From the NCBI GenBank assembly GCA_963793305.1, contig CAWBZV010000005.1:1184001-1248000 (forward strand): 64,000 bases of DNA, read 5' to 3'. The stretch is from an uncultured Gemmatimonadales bacterium. GTDB taxonomy: Bacteria > Gemmatimonadota > Gemmatimonadetes > Gemmatimonadales > Gemmatimonadaceae. The notes below the pieces were generated by a model, which did not search any database, was not told the origin of the DNA, and was given only the letters and a program-made list of their open reading frames with translations. Below are positions 1 to 9,725 of this stretch, in pieces. Numbering within the stretch: the stretch's first letter is position 1; the number at the start of each line of letters is the position of its first letter. The position numbers were made by a program, and so were the translations under genes.

Positions 1-532
1 CGCGGCGCGCTGCGCCATGGAGGCCGGGGTCCGCTTGGAGTTGCCCGACACCGTGTGCGGCACCATTCTTCGTGAATTGATGCGTGCGGCTGGAGGTGGC
101 GGCATGATCGGCGGTCAGTTGCTCGATCTCGAGGGCGAGACCAAGGCTCTGTCGCTCGAGCAGCTCGAGCGCATTCACCGGGCGAAGACCGGTGCGCTCG
201 TTACGGCATCGGTTCGCATCGGCGGAATCGCGGCGCTCGGGCCCGCTCGGGTCGTCGATGCACTCGATCGCTACGGCGCCGCCGTCGGCCTCGCGTTTCA
301 GATCGCCGACGACGTCCTCGGCGTCACCGCCACTACTGACCAGTTGGGAAAAACCGCCGGGCGTGATGTCGAGTTGCAGAAAAGCACCTATCCGGCGCTC
401 CTCGGCGTCGAAGGCGCCGTTGCCCGCGCCACGAGCCTGGTCGACGAAGCCTGCGACGCGCTCGACCGCGAGCATTTGTTGACGCCCGCGCTGGCCGCGC
501 TCGCGCGGTTCGCGGTCAGTCGACCATCGTGA
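1..532 (+). CDS. ispA: Polyprenyl synthetase (farnesyl diphosphate synthase), 5' end outside window
   Basis: GGQLLDL, HRAKTGAL, GLAFQIADDVL, GKTAGRD and KSTYP motifs; directly upstream of dxs. Confidence 0.92.
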   Translation, partial: AARCAMEAGVRLELPDTVCGTILRELMRAAGGGGMIGGQLLDLEGETKALSLEQLERIHRAKTGALVTASVRIGGIAALGPARVVDALDRYGAAVGLAFQIADDVLGVTATTDQLGKTAGRDVELQKSTYPALLGVEGAVARATSLVDEACDALDREHLLTPALAALARFAVSRPS

Positions 533-2446
533 CCTTTATCCATTCATCTATGACAGGGCTCCTGAATCGCATTCATTCCCCGGCCGACCTCAAGAAGCTC
601 ACGCGCGACGAGCTGCGTGCGCTGGTGGCCGAGGAGCGTGCACGGCTCATCGACGTGTGCTCCCGTACGGGCGGGCACATCGGCGCCGGGCTCGGTGTCG
701 TGGAGCTCACGACGGCGTTGCACTACGTGTTCGACACCCCGCGCGATCAGCTCGTGTGGGATGTCGGGCACCAGGGCTACCCGCACAAGCTCCTCACGGG
801 TCGCGATAGTCAGATGGAGACCCTGCGCCAAGAAAATGGGATCTCGGGGTTTCTCAAGCGCACGGAAAGCGAATACGACACGTTCGGCGCCGGTCACGCC
901 GCGACGGCTATCTCGGCCGCGTTCGGCATGGCCGTAGGCCGAGACCTGAAGGCCGAGGCATTCAAGGTCGTAGCCATTCTCGGCGACGGTGCCCTCACAT
1001 CTGGCCTCTCATACGAAGGCCTGAACAACGCGGGTGCATCAGACCGCGACATCATAGTCGTCCTGAATGACAACGAGATGTCCATCGCGCCGAACGTGGG
1101 TGCGATCTCAAAGTACTTGAACTTCGTCCAACGCCACCCGCTGTACAATCGCGCGCGCCAGGTCATTGGCTCGGCGGTGGACCACGCCCCGGGTCCGTTG
1201 CACGCCGTCTCGACGCTGGTCCGCAAGTGGGAAGAGAGCGCCAAGGTTTTCTTGACGCCGGGCGCGCTCTTCGAAGCGCTGGGCTTCCGCTATTTCGGCC
1301 CAATCGACGGCCATGACATGAACGAGCTGGTCGACACGTTCGCCGCCGTGCGTGATCTCAAGACGCCGCGACTGGTCCATGTCGTGACGCAAAAAGGGAA
1401 GGGGTTCCCGGCTGGCGATCATGGTGAAAAGTGGCACGCTCTGCCGCCTGGCCACGACCCGGCCACGGGCAAGCAGCTGAAGACGTCGACCGGCAACGCG
1501 AACTACACGACGGTGCTCGGGAATGGTCTCGCCGCACTCGGCGAAGAGCGCACAGACCTGGCCGTCATCACCGCCGCGATGCCGTCAGGAACAGGCACTG
1601 GAATCTTCGGCAAGAAATTCCCGGAGCGCTTCTTCGACGTGGGTATCGCCGAAGGCCACGCCGTCACGTTCTCGGCTGGTCTCGCCACGCAGAGGCATTC
1701 GCCCGGTCGCGGCGATCTACTCGACGTTCCTCCAGCGCGCCTACGACAATGTCATTCACGATGTCGCGATCCAGCACCTGCCGGTGATCTTCGCGATGGA
1801 CCGCGCGGGCCTGGTCGGCGAAGATGGCCCCACGCACATGGGCCTCTATGACATCGCGTATATGCTGGCCATCCCTGGCATGACCGTCACGGCGCCCAAG
1901 AATGGCACCGAGATGCTCGGCCTTTTGCGTGCGGGAATGGAGCACGCCTCGGGGCCCTTCTGCTTCCGCCTGCCGCGTGACAGCGCACCGAATGTCCCGC
2001 CGCCGATGGCGCAAATTCCAGCGGTGCCGTACGGAACATGGGAGGTTTTGCGCCGTGGCGCCAATGTCGCGGTCCTCGCGGTCGGCACGATGGTGCTCCC
2101 GTCGCTCGCGGCGGCCGAGACGCTCGCGGCCGAGGGACTCAACGTCACGGTCGTGAACTGTCGGTATCTCAAGCCGTACAATGAACTGACGCTCGCCGCG
2201 CTCTTGACGGACCACAAGCAATTCTTGGTCGTCGAAGAGGGCACGATCGTGAACGGGTTCGGCGCCATGATGTCCGCCGTGATCGCCCAGCGCGATGCCG
2301 CGGTCCGTGTGCACACGCACGGCGTGCCCGACCGGTTTATCGAGCAAGCGTCGCGCGCGAAGCAGTTGGCGTTGTGCGGCCTCGACGCGGCCGGCATCGC
2401 CGAACGCGTGCGGGCGCTGCACGAGTCCGAGGCTATCGCCGGGTGA
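529..2446 (+). CDS. dxs: 1-deoxy-D-xylulose-5-phosphate synthase, +1 frameshift near 1693 (probable sequencing error); start may be ATG 550
   Basis: GGHIGAGLG, WDVGHQGYPHK, GDGALTSG...NDN, DVGIAEGHA; continues in another frame as GIRPVAAIYSTFLQRAYD...DRAGLVGEDGPTH. Confidence 0.95.
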
Positions 2447-3300
2447 TCAACCTGGGCGTCGTCGGGCACCGCGGGTATGCGCGGCTGCCCGACGTTCTGC
2501 GCACGCTGCTGCGTCTCGCGCCCGAGTTGGATCTCCAGTTGTTCTTCGAGCCGGACCTCCATGAGGTCGCCCGGTCCGGCGAGCTCCTCACGAGCCCTGA
2601 GGGCCTCGGCGGCCTCGTCACGCTCGGCGGCGACGGCACACTGCTTCGCGGCGCGCGGTTCCTGGCGGGTCTCCCCGTACCGATCCTCGGTATCAACCTG
2701 GGCCGCCTCGGCTTCCTCACGAGCATTGGCCTCGATGAGATGGAAGAGGGCCTGCGCCGGTTCGCCCGCAACGAGTACGCCGCCGAACCGCGCATGTCGC
2801 TCGAGGCGCGGGCACACGACCTCGACGACGCCATGCGGCGCAAATGGTACGCGCTGAACAACGTCGTGCTCCACAAGGGCGGCTTCGCGCGCGTCGTGCG
2901 GCTCGAGGTATTCTCGAACGGCGAAGAAGTCGGTGCGTACACGGCGGACGGGATCATCGTCTCGACCCCAACTGGCTCCACGGCCTACAGCCTGTCAGCC
3001 GGCGGGCCGATCGTGCATCCGGATGTCCTTTCGATACTGATTACGCCGGTCTCTCCGCACTCCCTGGCTTTGCGCCCTCTCGTGCTTCCGCCGACGGCCG
3101 AGATCGCGATCTACGTCGAGGATGGCCCCGAGGAGCTACTCGTCACCGTCGACGGCCAGGTCGGCACGACATTCGCCACCGGCGACACGTTGCACATTCG
3201 GCGCGCCGAACGCTCGGTCGTGATCGTGCGATTCCCAGGGACGACGTACTTCGCGCGTCTGCGCCGGAAACTCGGCTGGGGCAGCGTTCCCCACGCGTAG
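2443..3300 (+). CDS. nadK: NAD(+) kinase
   Basis: LGGDGTLL, GINLGRLGFL, DGIIVSTPTGSTAYSLSAGGP; GTG start overlaps the dxs stop. Confidence 0.95.
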   Translation: MINLGVVGHRGYARLPDVLRTLLRLAPELDLQLFFEPDLHEVARSGELLTSPEGLGGLVTLGGDGTLLRGARFLAGLPVPILGINLGRLGFLTSIGLDEMEEGLRRFARNEYAAEPRMSLEARAHDLDDAMRRKWYALNNVVLHKGGFARVVRLEVFSNGEEVGAYTADGIIVSTPTGSTAYSLSAGGPIVHPDVLSILITPVSPHSLALRPLVLPPTAEIAIYVEDGPEELLVTVDGQVGTTFATGDTLHIRRAERSVVIVRFPGTTYFARLRRKLGWGSVPHA

Positions 3301-3308
3301 ATGCTGAG

Positions 3309-4991
3309 ATGTTGACCGAGCTCCGCATCAAGAATTTCGCGATCATCGAATCGCTGGTCCTCCCACTGGCGCCGGGCTTCAACGTGCTGTCCGGCGAAAC
3401 GGGAGCGGGCAAGTCGATCGTTGTCGGCGCCATCAGTCTGTTGCTCGGCGACCGCGCCAGCGCTGATCTCGTTCGCACCGGCGCCGACCGCGCGACCGTC
3501 GAGGGCGTCTTCGACATCGCCGATCGCCCCGAGATCGCGGCGCTCCTCGACGCCCGTGGCATCGACATCGACGAATCGCGGGTGGTGCTCAAGCGCGAGG
3601 TCTCATCCACCGGGCGTGGGCGCGCCTGGATCAACGGCAGCACGGTCACGGCAGCCGTTCTCTCCGACGTCGGTCGTTCGCTGGTCAACCTGCACGGCCA
3701 GCACGAAGCGGACTTGCTGCTCGATACCGAGGCCCAGCTCTCCATCCTCGACAGCTTCGCGGGCGCCGCCGAGCTGGCGTCCCACGTAGCCAACGCTCAC
3801 GACGCACTCGTCTCGGTTCGCCGCGAACGCACGGAATTGTCGTCGCGGCGTGCCAATGCCGAACGCCGTGCGGATTATCTACGCCACGTCGTCAGCGAAA
3901 TTGCCGAGGGAAAGCTGGTGGCGGGCGAAGATGCTCGGCTGGATGAAGAAGTCCGCCGCTTGACGCATGCGGACGAGCTGAAGCAGTTGGCGAGCGGCGC
4001 AGCCGCCGCCTTGGATGGAGATGCCGAGGCAGTCCTAGCCCGGCTCGGCGGCCTGCAGCGTTCCTTGGCGTCGCTGCGTCGCATCGACCCATCGTTGGAC
4101 CCGCTCCAGGAGCTTTACGACTCGGCCTACTACGCCCTGGAAGAGCTCGCGCGAGCCCTGGAAACGTACGAAGAAAAAGTCGACCTGGATCCAGACCGCC
4201 TCGCCGAAGCGACGCGTCGCCGCGACCTCGTCTTTCGCTTGATAAAGAAGTACGGCCCGTCCCTCGATGACGTGATCGAGACGGGCCGCCGCTCCCGCGC
4301 CGAGCTCGACCTCGTCGACTCGGCCGCCTTCGACCTCGCGCGCCTCGATCGGGCCGAAGCCACGGCGGTCGCCGAGCTCAGTGCCGCGGCCGCGCGCCTC
4401 ACGTCGGCCCGCCGCGAAGCGTCCGACCGCCTCTCCGAAGCCGTTCAGGCGGTTCTCCCTGATCTCGGGATGCCGGACGGCCGCTTCCAGGCCGAGTTGA
4501 TCCCGCGCCCTGAGCCAACGTCCTCGGGCGCCGAGTCGGTCGAGTTCCGCATTCAGCTCAACGTCGGACACGACATGCGATCGCTGGCCCGCGTCGCGTC
4601 GGGCGGTGAGCTCTCCCGCGTGATGCTCGCGCTCAAGACGATCCTCGCGCGGTCCGATCGCGTGCCGACGCTCGTTTTCGACGAGGTCGACGCGGGCATC
4701 GGCGGTCGCGTCGGCCTCCAGGTCGGTGACACGATGCGTCGCGTTGCCGCGCACCATCAGGTCTTCGCGATCACGCACTTGCCGCAGATCGCCGCCCGCG
4801 CGCACCATCACATCCTGGTGAGCAAGGGCGCCAAGGGCGGCGTGACCACGGCCGATATCGCCGTGCTCGACGCCGACACGCGCGTCGATGAGATCGCTCG
4901 GATGCTCGGTGGCGACCCCGAGAGCAACGTCAGCCGTGCCCATGCGCGCGAGCTCTTATCGTCGGTCTCGCCCAAGGCCAAGCGCCGCTAA
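3309..4991 (+). CDS. recN: DNA repair protein RecN
   Basis: MLTELRIKNFAII, GETGAGKS Walker A, ASGGELSR signature, FDEVDAGIGG, ITHLPQIAA. Confidence 0.96.
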   Translation: MLTELRIKNFAIIESLVLPLAPGFNVLSGETGAGKSIVVGAISLLLGDRASADLVRTGADRATVEGVFDIADRPEIAALLDARGIDIDESRVVLKREVSSTGRGRAWINGSTVTAAVLSDVGRSLVNLHGQHEADLLLDTEAQLSILDSFAGAAELASHVANAHDALVSVRRERTELSSRRANAERRADYLRHVVSEIAEGKLVAGEDARLDEEVRRLTHADELKQLASGAAAALDGDAEAVLARLGGLQRSLASLRRIDPSLDPLQELYDSAYYALEELARALETYEEKVDLDPDRLAEATRRRDLVFRLIKKYGPSLDDVIETGRRSRAELDLVDSAAFDLARLDRAEATAVAELSAAAARLTSARREASDRLSEAVQAVLPDLGMPDGRFQAELIPRPEPTSSGAESVEFRIQLNVGHDMRSLARVASGGELSRVMLALKTILARSDRVPTLVFDEVDAGIGGRVGLQVGDTMRRVAAHHQVFAITHLPQIAARAHHHILVSKGAKGGVTTADIAVLDADTRVDEIARMLGGDPESNVSRAHARELLSSVSPKAKRR

Positions 4992-5000
4992 ATTGGATCT

Positions 5001-5282
5001 ATGCGCTATCTCGCTTTGGTCGTTGCCTTCGCCGCTGCCCCCGTTCTGGCGTATGCCCAAGACACGACACACCGCGACACGACGCACCACGATTCGTCCG
5101 CCGTCGATCGCAAGACTAACAGCACGGTGAACAACGCGGGCGAGGGGGTCAAGCAGGCGAACGACCAGGTCGACAACGCCGCGTACAAAGTCGGCACGGA
5201 CATCAAGCACATCTTCAAGCCAAAGAAGAAAAAGCCGGCGAAGCCGGATTCGACTACCGTGGCGCGACAGCACACGCGATAG
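5001..5282 (+). CDS. Small secreted hypothetical protein
   Basis: Signal peptide MRYLALVVAFAAAPVLAYAQ followed by a hydrophilic, Lys-rich tail. Confidence 0.7.
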   Translation: MRYLALVVAFAAAPVLAYAQDTTHRDTTHHDSSAVDRKTNSTVNNAGEGVKQANDQVDNAAYKVGTDIKHIFKPKKKKPAKPDSTTVARQHTR

Positions 5283-5302
5283 CACGCCTCACTAGTGGGC
5301 CA

Positions 5303-7108
5303 CTAGTGGGCGAAGTTGTGGCCTCCAAAGGGCCGGAAGTACACGCGCATGCGGATGGTGTCATAGATAACCTTCGGCGCGTACCCGCCCGTGGCCGTGA
5401 GAACCTCGTCGTGCTCGTAGGTGATGTCGAGCGGTAGTCCGATGTGTTTGCGGAGCGCGGCGGCAGCCAGCGTCGAGAACGTCAACCCGAACCCGAAGCG
5501 CTGCGACGTATACTCGGTATTCGCCCCGAGTATGGCCGCATTGAGGTGCACGGGCCCGATGCCGGTCTGCGCCGAGTCCAGGTTCAACACGCCGGTGTAC
5601 TTGTCGGCGAGCTGATGTCGAAACACATATGATCCGCTGAGTGCGAAGTAATCGTTGATGGCGTAGTGCGGATCGATCTGCACTTCGAATGCGTCCCCGA
5701 GCTGTCTGGTGACGGTCGTGCGCGAATAGAGCGGATCGAGCACTTCTCCGGCCGCCCCGGGAATGCGCGCCACGACGTTGTCCGACAGCTGATACGTGCC
5801 GCGCACGATGCCCGATATCCAGAGCCTCGGCCCGAACAAGAGGTCGGTCGCCGAATGCACTTCGATCGCGTTCTCTCCGGTGCCGGTCCCCGGGTCCAGC
5901 AGCTGATTCTCGGCGGGGGGCGTACCGGTGCCCAATCGGAAGAGCCCCGTCACGCTCGTCCGAAACTGAAACCCATGCGGATGCATGCGCGCCGAATCGC
6001 GACTCCCGAACGTATCGAGCAAGAGCAGCGTCGCGCTCAACTCGGCGTCACCGATACCGTACTTGTCAACGTCCTTCAGTGAGTCTACGGCGAGCCCATA
6101 CGTCGTATCGGTGAGAAGGTTGTAGAAGTCACTGAGCCCGGTTCGCGCCGGCGCCGCCACGGGCTGCACGACGGTCAAGGCCGGCAGCCCCACGGTCGCG
6201 AACGCCGCATTGAACTGCGCGGTCAGGCTCGAATCGCGCGAGCTGATGCGGGCTTGTGTATTCGACCCGGCGACGGGTACGACGAGCGTCCCGGCGCCAT
6301 TCGGGCCACCGTATACCTGCGCCACCCCGGACGCAAACTGGTTGCTCTGGGTGACGAGACCCTGCAGCGTGGCTCGCTCGCTATTGATCGTTGCGCAATT
6401 CGGTCCCGACGGATTATTGGCGCAGTTGGCGAGCACTTGCTGCAGCGTGCGCGACGCCGAGGTGAACTGCGAGTACACACCGGCGTCGGTGGCCAGCGCC
6501 GCCGCCGACGCGAGCGCGGGATTGAACGCGACGTTGCCTTCGAACCGTGTGGGATTGACATTGACCGCGAACGTCTGCCGCGTGTGCACGATCGGCAACC
6601 GCGCGCGCAACGTGAGCCGGTCCAGGATGCCGACTTCGAGCGCGATCGGGTACGACTCGGTGCGAAGGTTCGCGTCGGTGACGACTTTGCCGAAGTCGAG
6701 CTTGAACGACTGATCGCCGAGGAGCGTGCGGATGCCGGCTTGCGCGGGCGCAAAGGCCGGCACTTGCGCTACGCCGAGCGTGTCGAAGTTGAGGGCCGCA
6801 CCTTGGTTCGTGAGAATCCCGCCCGGCGCCCAAAATTCGTCGATGCGCGCGTTATCATCGCCGAACCCGAATCGGATGAGGCCCGCGGGAAGCGTTCGCG
6901 CTTCGTCGTCCGGCGTGCGTACCGCTTGCGCGCCGAGTCGGGCTGCGGACGCGGAGAACGGAACGAGACAGCCCACGAGCCGAACAACATTTCGGCGAAG
7001 GGATCTGCTGTACCGAACATCCCGAAGCCGAAATGTTGTTTGGCGATGCCCCACGCGAGCCGGACGACAAGCACGGCGCGAAAGATAGGGCTTTAAGTTA
7101 CCCGGCAT
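5303..7108 (-). CDS. Exported hypothetical protein, probable outer-membrane beta-barrel; start uncertain
   Basis: About 600-codon ORF with a signal-like LGAQ segment, GIGDAELSA motif and amphipathic strands ending MRVYFRPF. Confidence 0.65.
   Translation of the reverse strand: MPGNLKPYLSRRACRPARVGHRQTTFRLRDVRYSRSLRRNVVRLVGCLVPFSASAARLGAQAVRTPDDEARTLPAGLIRFGFGDDNARIDEFWAPGGILTNQGAALNFDTLGVAQVPAFAPAQAGIRTLLGDQSFKLDFGKVVTDANLRTESYPIALEVGILDRLTLRARLPIVHTRQTFAVNVNPTRFEGNVAFNPALASAAALATDAGVYSQFTSASRTLQQVLANCANNPSGPNCATINSERATLQGLVTQSNQFASGVAQVYGGPNGAGTLVVPVAGSNTQARISSRDSSLTAQFNAAFATVGLPALTVVQPVAAPARTGLSDFYNLLTDTTYGLAVDSLKDVDKYGIGDAELSATLLLLDTFGSRDSARMHPHGFQFRTSVTGLFRLGTGTPPAENQLLDPGTGTGENAIEVHSATDLLFGPRLWISGIVRGTYQLSDNVVARIPGAAGEVLDPLYSRTTVTRQLGDAFEVQIDPHYAINDYFALSGSYVFRHQLADKYTGVLNLDSAQTGIGPVHLNAAILGANTEYTSQRFGFGLTFSTLAAAALRKHIGLPLDITYEHDEVLTATGGYAPKVIYDTIRMRVYFRPFGGHNFAH
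6979..7069 (+). other. Long imperfect hairpin with an alternative pairing partner, near the starts of two divergent genes
   Basis: GCCGAACAACATTTCGGC (6979-6996) pairs with GCCGAAATGTTGTTTGGC (7027-7044); inner GGGAT/ATCCC stem; 7034-7044 can alternatively pair with 7059-7069. Confidence 0.6.
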
Positions 7109-7129
7109 GTCAACACGACTGCCTACCCC

Positions 7130-8893
7130 GTGAGCTTGCGGCCGATCCCTCCTGTTCGCTGGCAGCTGACCGGAAATCATTGGATTTCGCTCCCGTGTAT
7201 TCACGCCGAGACGGGCGCGATCCATGCCCTGGGCTTGCTCAATCGCGCCGCGCGTTCCGGCGTCGAATTCGCCGGCGATCCGGGTTTTGTCGATGGCCAG
7301 GGCCCGCCGCTATTCGCCCTGTCATTCCACGATCTGCCAGTCGGCCCGCTCCAGTGGTCGCACGCGCAGGGTTGGATTCCCACCTGGACTCGCGACGCCG
7401 GTGCTCTCACGATCCGTGGCGTGATCTTCGCGCCGTACGGCCGTGATGTCGATGTCCCGGGCTTTGTGTACGCCGTCGTTCTCGAAAACCGCGGCCCGGC
7501 CCCGGTGGATATCGAAGTCGTGTTCGAAGGCACGCTCGGCCTGCGCCAGCATCGCGTGAGGACAGCGCGCCGCTTTGACGACGCGAACCGCGTCGAGCGA
7601 ATCGAAGATGCGGTCATACTGGAGGGCGCCGCCCTCCCTGGCCCGGCCGCTCTCGCCGTGAGCACCGATGGCGCCACCGAGATCAACTGCGGGAGCGGTG
7701 TCGCCCCGGGTTTCGCATTTCGCCGCAAGCTATCGATCCCCGCCGGCGGCTCGGCCGAGGCAGCATTCTACGTCGCCGCAGGCCCGGAGCGCGACGGCGC
7801 GATGGCGACCGGCATTGCCATGCGGCGTCGCGGCTGGCGCGAGCTCTTGGAGGCGACGCGAACGGCGCTCCGCTCCCTGGAGCAATCAACGGGCTCCGAG
7901 GAGATCGACGCCGTCGTCAATCGCAACTTGCTATTCGCCTATTTCTACGCGGTCGGCCGCGCGCTCGACGACGCGCACTTTTACCTGGTGCGTTCCCGCG
8001 CCCCATGGAACGGCCGCGGTCTCACGGTGCGCGACTGGGACGCCCTCGCGCTCACGCTCCCGGCGATCCAACTCGCCGATGCCCCACTCGCCCGCGAGCT
8101 CCTGCTGCGCGCCTGCGAGCTGCACGGCTACGCCCCGGGCCGCGGCGTCAACTATCTCGATGGCACGCTCTTCGAGCCGGGCTTCTCTCTGGAGGGCGTC
8201 GCCTCCTACGCCATAGCGACCGAGCGCTACATCCGCGAGACGGGCGACGACCAGATCGTCGAGGAGCCGGTCATCGCCGACACATTGTATTCGAGCGCTG
8301 ACGATCTCGCGGGGCGCCGCAACAAATCGACGCCGCTCTACGCCACCGAGGTCTCGCCGTCGGGCGATCGCGTCTCGTATCCATACACGCTCCACGCCAA
8401 CGCCGTGGCCGCAATGGCCCTCGATGTATTCCAACGAACGTTGGACGCCGAGACCGCGAAGGGCGTCGAAGACCCCAACGCTGTCCGCGCAGCCATTCTG
8501 CGCCAGTTCTCCGTCGACCGCGACGGCAAGGCACTCTTGGCCTCCGCTATCGACCTGAATGGTGGCGTATCGACCACCGACGACCCCGTCGCCTCCTCTC
8601 TCTGGCTGCCACTCTACGAGGCGTTCGACCGCTCCGAGTCGGTCTTTCGCCGCACGGTCAAGTTGATTCCCGCCGACCGCACCTCTTTGGTCCGCCAACT
8701 CGCCCGCTTAGTCGGCCCCGACGCCTCAGGCGTCTTGTCCTGGCTCCGCACGGCCCCACTCGACAACGGCCTGGCGGCCGAACAACTCGACGACCACGGC
8801 GCCGCCGTCGCGAACGGTGGCGACGCAACGCTCGCGGGCTTACTCGCCTACACCGTCTGGTATGCGATCCACGCCCTCGGCTTGCGCCCTTGA
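7130..8893 (+). CDS. Glycoside hydrolase family 125-like (six-hairpin glycosidase) protein
   Basis: 587-aa ORF; NYLDGTLFEPGFSLE...RYIRETGD segment resembles GH125/six-hairpin glycosidases. Confidence 0.55.
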   Translation: MSLRPIPPVRWQLTGNHWISLPCIHAETGAIHALGLLNRAARSGVEFAGDPGFVDGQGPPLFALSFHDLPVGPLQWSHAQGWIPTWTRDAGALTIRGVIFAPYGRDVDVPGFVYAVVLENRGPAPVDIEVVFEGTLGLRQHRVRTARRFDDANRVERIEDAVILEGAALPGPAALAVSTDGATEINCGSGVAPGFAFRRKLSIPAGGSAEAAFYVAAGPERDGAMATGIAMRRRGWRELLEATRTALRSLEQSTGSEEIDAVVNRNLLFAYFYAVGRALDDAHFYLVRSRAPWNGRGLTVRDWDALALTLPAIQLADAPLARELLLRACELHGYAPGRGVNYLDGTLFEPGFSLEGVASYAIATERYIRETGDDQIVEEPVIADTLYSSADDLAGRRNKSTPLYATEVSPSGDRVSYPYTLHANAVAAMALDVFQRTLDAETAKGVEDPNAVRAAILRQFSVDRDGKALLASAIDLNGGVSTTDDPVASSLWLPLYEAFDRSESVFRRTVKLIPADRTSLVRQLARLVGPDASGVLSWLRTAPLDNGLAAEQLDDHGAAVANGGDATLAGLLAYTVWYAIHALGLRP

Positions 8894-8909
8894 GGGCCCG
8901 CTGTACTTT
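8882..8909 (+). promoter_or_regulatory. Putative sigma70 promoter of tRNA-Gly
   Basis: TTGCGC (8882-8887), 16 nt, TACTTT (8904-8909), 11 nt before the tRNA. Confidence 0.45.
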
Positions 8910-8920
8910 TCGTTACGATC

Positions 8921-8993
8921 GCGGGAATAGCTCAGTTGGTAGAGCACAACCTTGCCAAGGTTGGGGTCGCGGGTTCGAGTCCCGTTTCCCGCT
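8921..8993 (+). tRNA. tRNA-Gly (GCC), CCA not encoded
   Basis: GCGGGAA/TTCCCGC acceptor stem, D arm GCTCAGTTGGTAGAGC, anticodon arm CAACC-TTGCCAA-GGTTG, T loop GTTCGAGTC, U discriminator. Confidence 0.98.
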
Positions 8994-9062
8994 CTGACAC
9001 GGCAACGACATACGGGTCCGGGGGCGGTTGCCTTCCGGGCCCGCTGTACCAAGTGGGGGACC

Positions 9063-9296
9063 ATGGCTTCCTTAATCGAGTCCAACCCAGCGGTCATGAT
9101 GGGCAAACCGGTGGTGGCGGGTACCCGCATCACGGTTGAGCTGATCCTCGACAAACTCGCCGCCGGCGAGTCGGTCGAGCAGATACTCGCAGCCCATCCG
9201 CGCTTGACACGCGAAGGCATCACTTCCGCCTTGGCTTTCGCTGCTGAGGCGCTACGAGGCGACGTGATCTACCCGCTGCCAAATGCGGCGGCGTGA
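9063..9296 (+). CDS. DUF433 family antitoxin
   Basis: IESNPAVMMGKPVVAGTRITVELIL...GESVEQILAAHPRLTRE..ALAFA pattern. Confidence 0.9.
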   Translation: MASLIESNPAVMMGKPVVAGTRITVELILDKLAAGESVEQILAAHPRLTREGITSALAFAAEALRGDVIYPLPNAAA

Positions 9297-9646
9297 AGTT
9301 CCTATGTGACGAGAACGTCGATCAACAGATAGTTGCCGCGCTTCGGCAGGCTGGGCACTCGGTGACGTACATAGCTGAGCTCTCGCCCAGCGTCGACGAC
9401 GAGCGTGTGTTGGCGGAAGCAAACCGCGACGCGGCGCTACTCGTCACAGGTGATCGCGATTTTGGCGCTCTCGTTTTCAACCAGGGTAAGGTTTCAGCCG
9501 GTGTACTCTTGATTCGCCTCGCGGGTCTTGCCCCGGCAACGCGCGCCGAGATCGTTGTGAACGCCGTGCGCGATCATGGAGCCGAGATGACTGGCGTCTT
9601 CACGGTTATTTCGCCAGGTATGATTCGTTATCGTAGGACACCGTAA
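9293..9646 (+). CDS. DUF5615 family PIN-like toxin
   Basis: MKFLCDENV, DDERVL, LVTGDRDFG acidic PIN motifs; GTGA overlap with the antitoxin. Confidence 0.88.
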   Translation: MKFLCDENVDQQIVAALRQAGHSVTYIAELSPSVDDERVLAEANRDAALLVTGDRDFGALVFNQGKVSAGVLLIRLAGLAPATRAEIVVNAVRDHGAEMTGVFTVISPGMIRYRRTP

Positions 9647-9662
9647 CGAATTACCGTTGGCC

Positions 9663-9711
9663 CAACCTTGCCAAGGTTGGGGTCGCGGGTTCGAGTCCCG
9701 TTTCCCGCTCT
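9663..9711 (+). repeat. Copy 2 of the tRNA-Gly 3' portion (att-like)
   Basis: Identical to 8947-8995. Confidence 0.95.
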
Positions 9712-9725
9712 TGATTTGCAACAAC

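Larger units (their letters stand above)
8996..9711. mobile_element. 716-bp mini-islet at tRNA-Gly carrying only a TA pair
   Basis: Flanked by a 49-bp identical direct repeat (8947-8995 and 9663-9711); no integrase. Confidence 0.7.

Noticed and set aside
1690..1697. dxs frameshift as programmed frameshifting or true pseudogenisation
   Set aside because: No slippery run, both halves are well conserved, and similar single-base insertions occur throughout the window.
5290..5311. CACTAGTGGGC tandem duplication between convergent genes as an IS target-site scar
   Set aside because: Only 11 bp with no nearby element; could equally be a small hairpin or slippage.
8840..9223. ORFs overlapping the tRNA (8840-9223, 8936-9139)
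   Set aside because: Translations of tRNA sequence or the antisense of DUF433; no independent coding signal.
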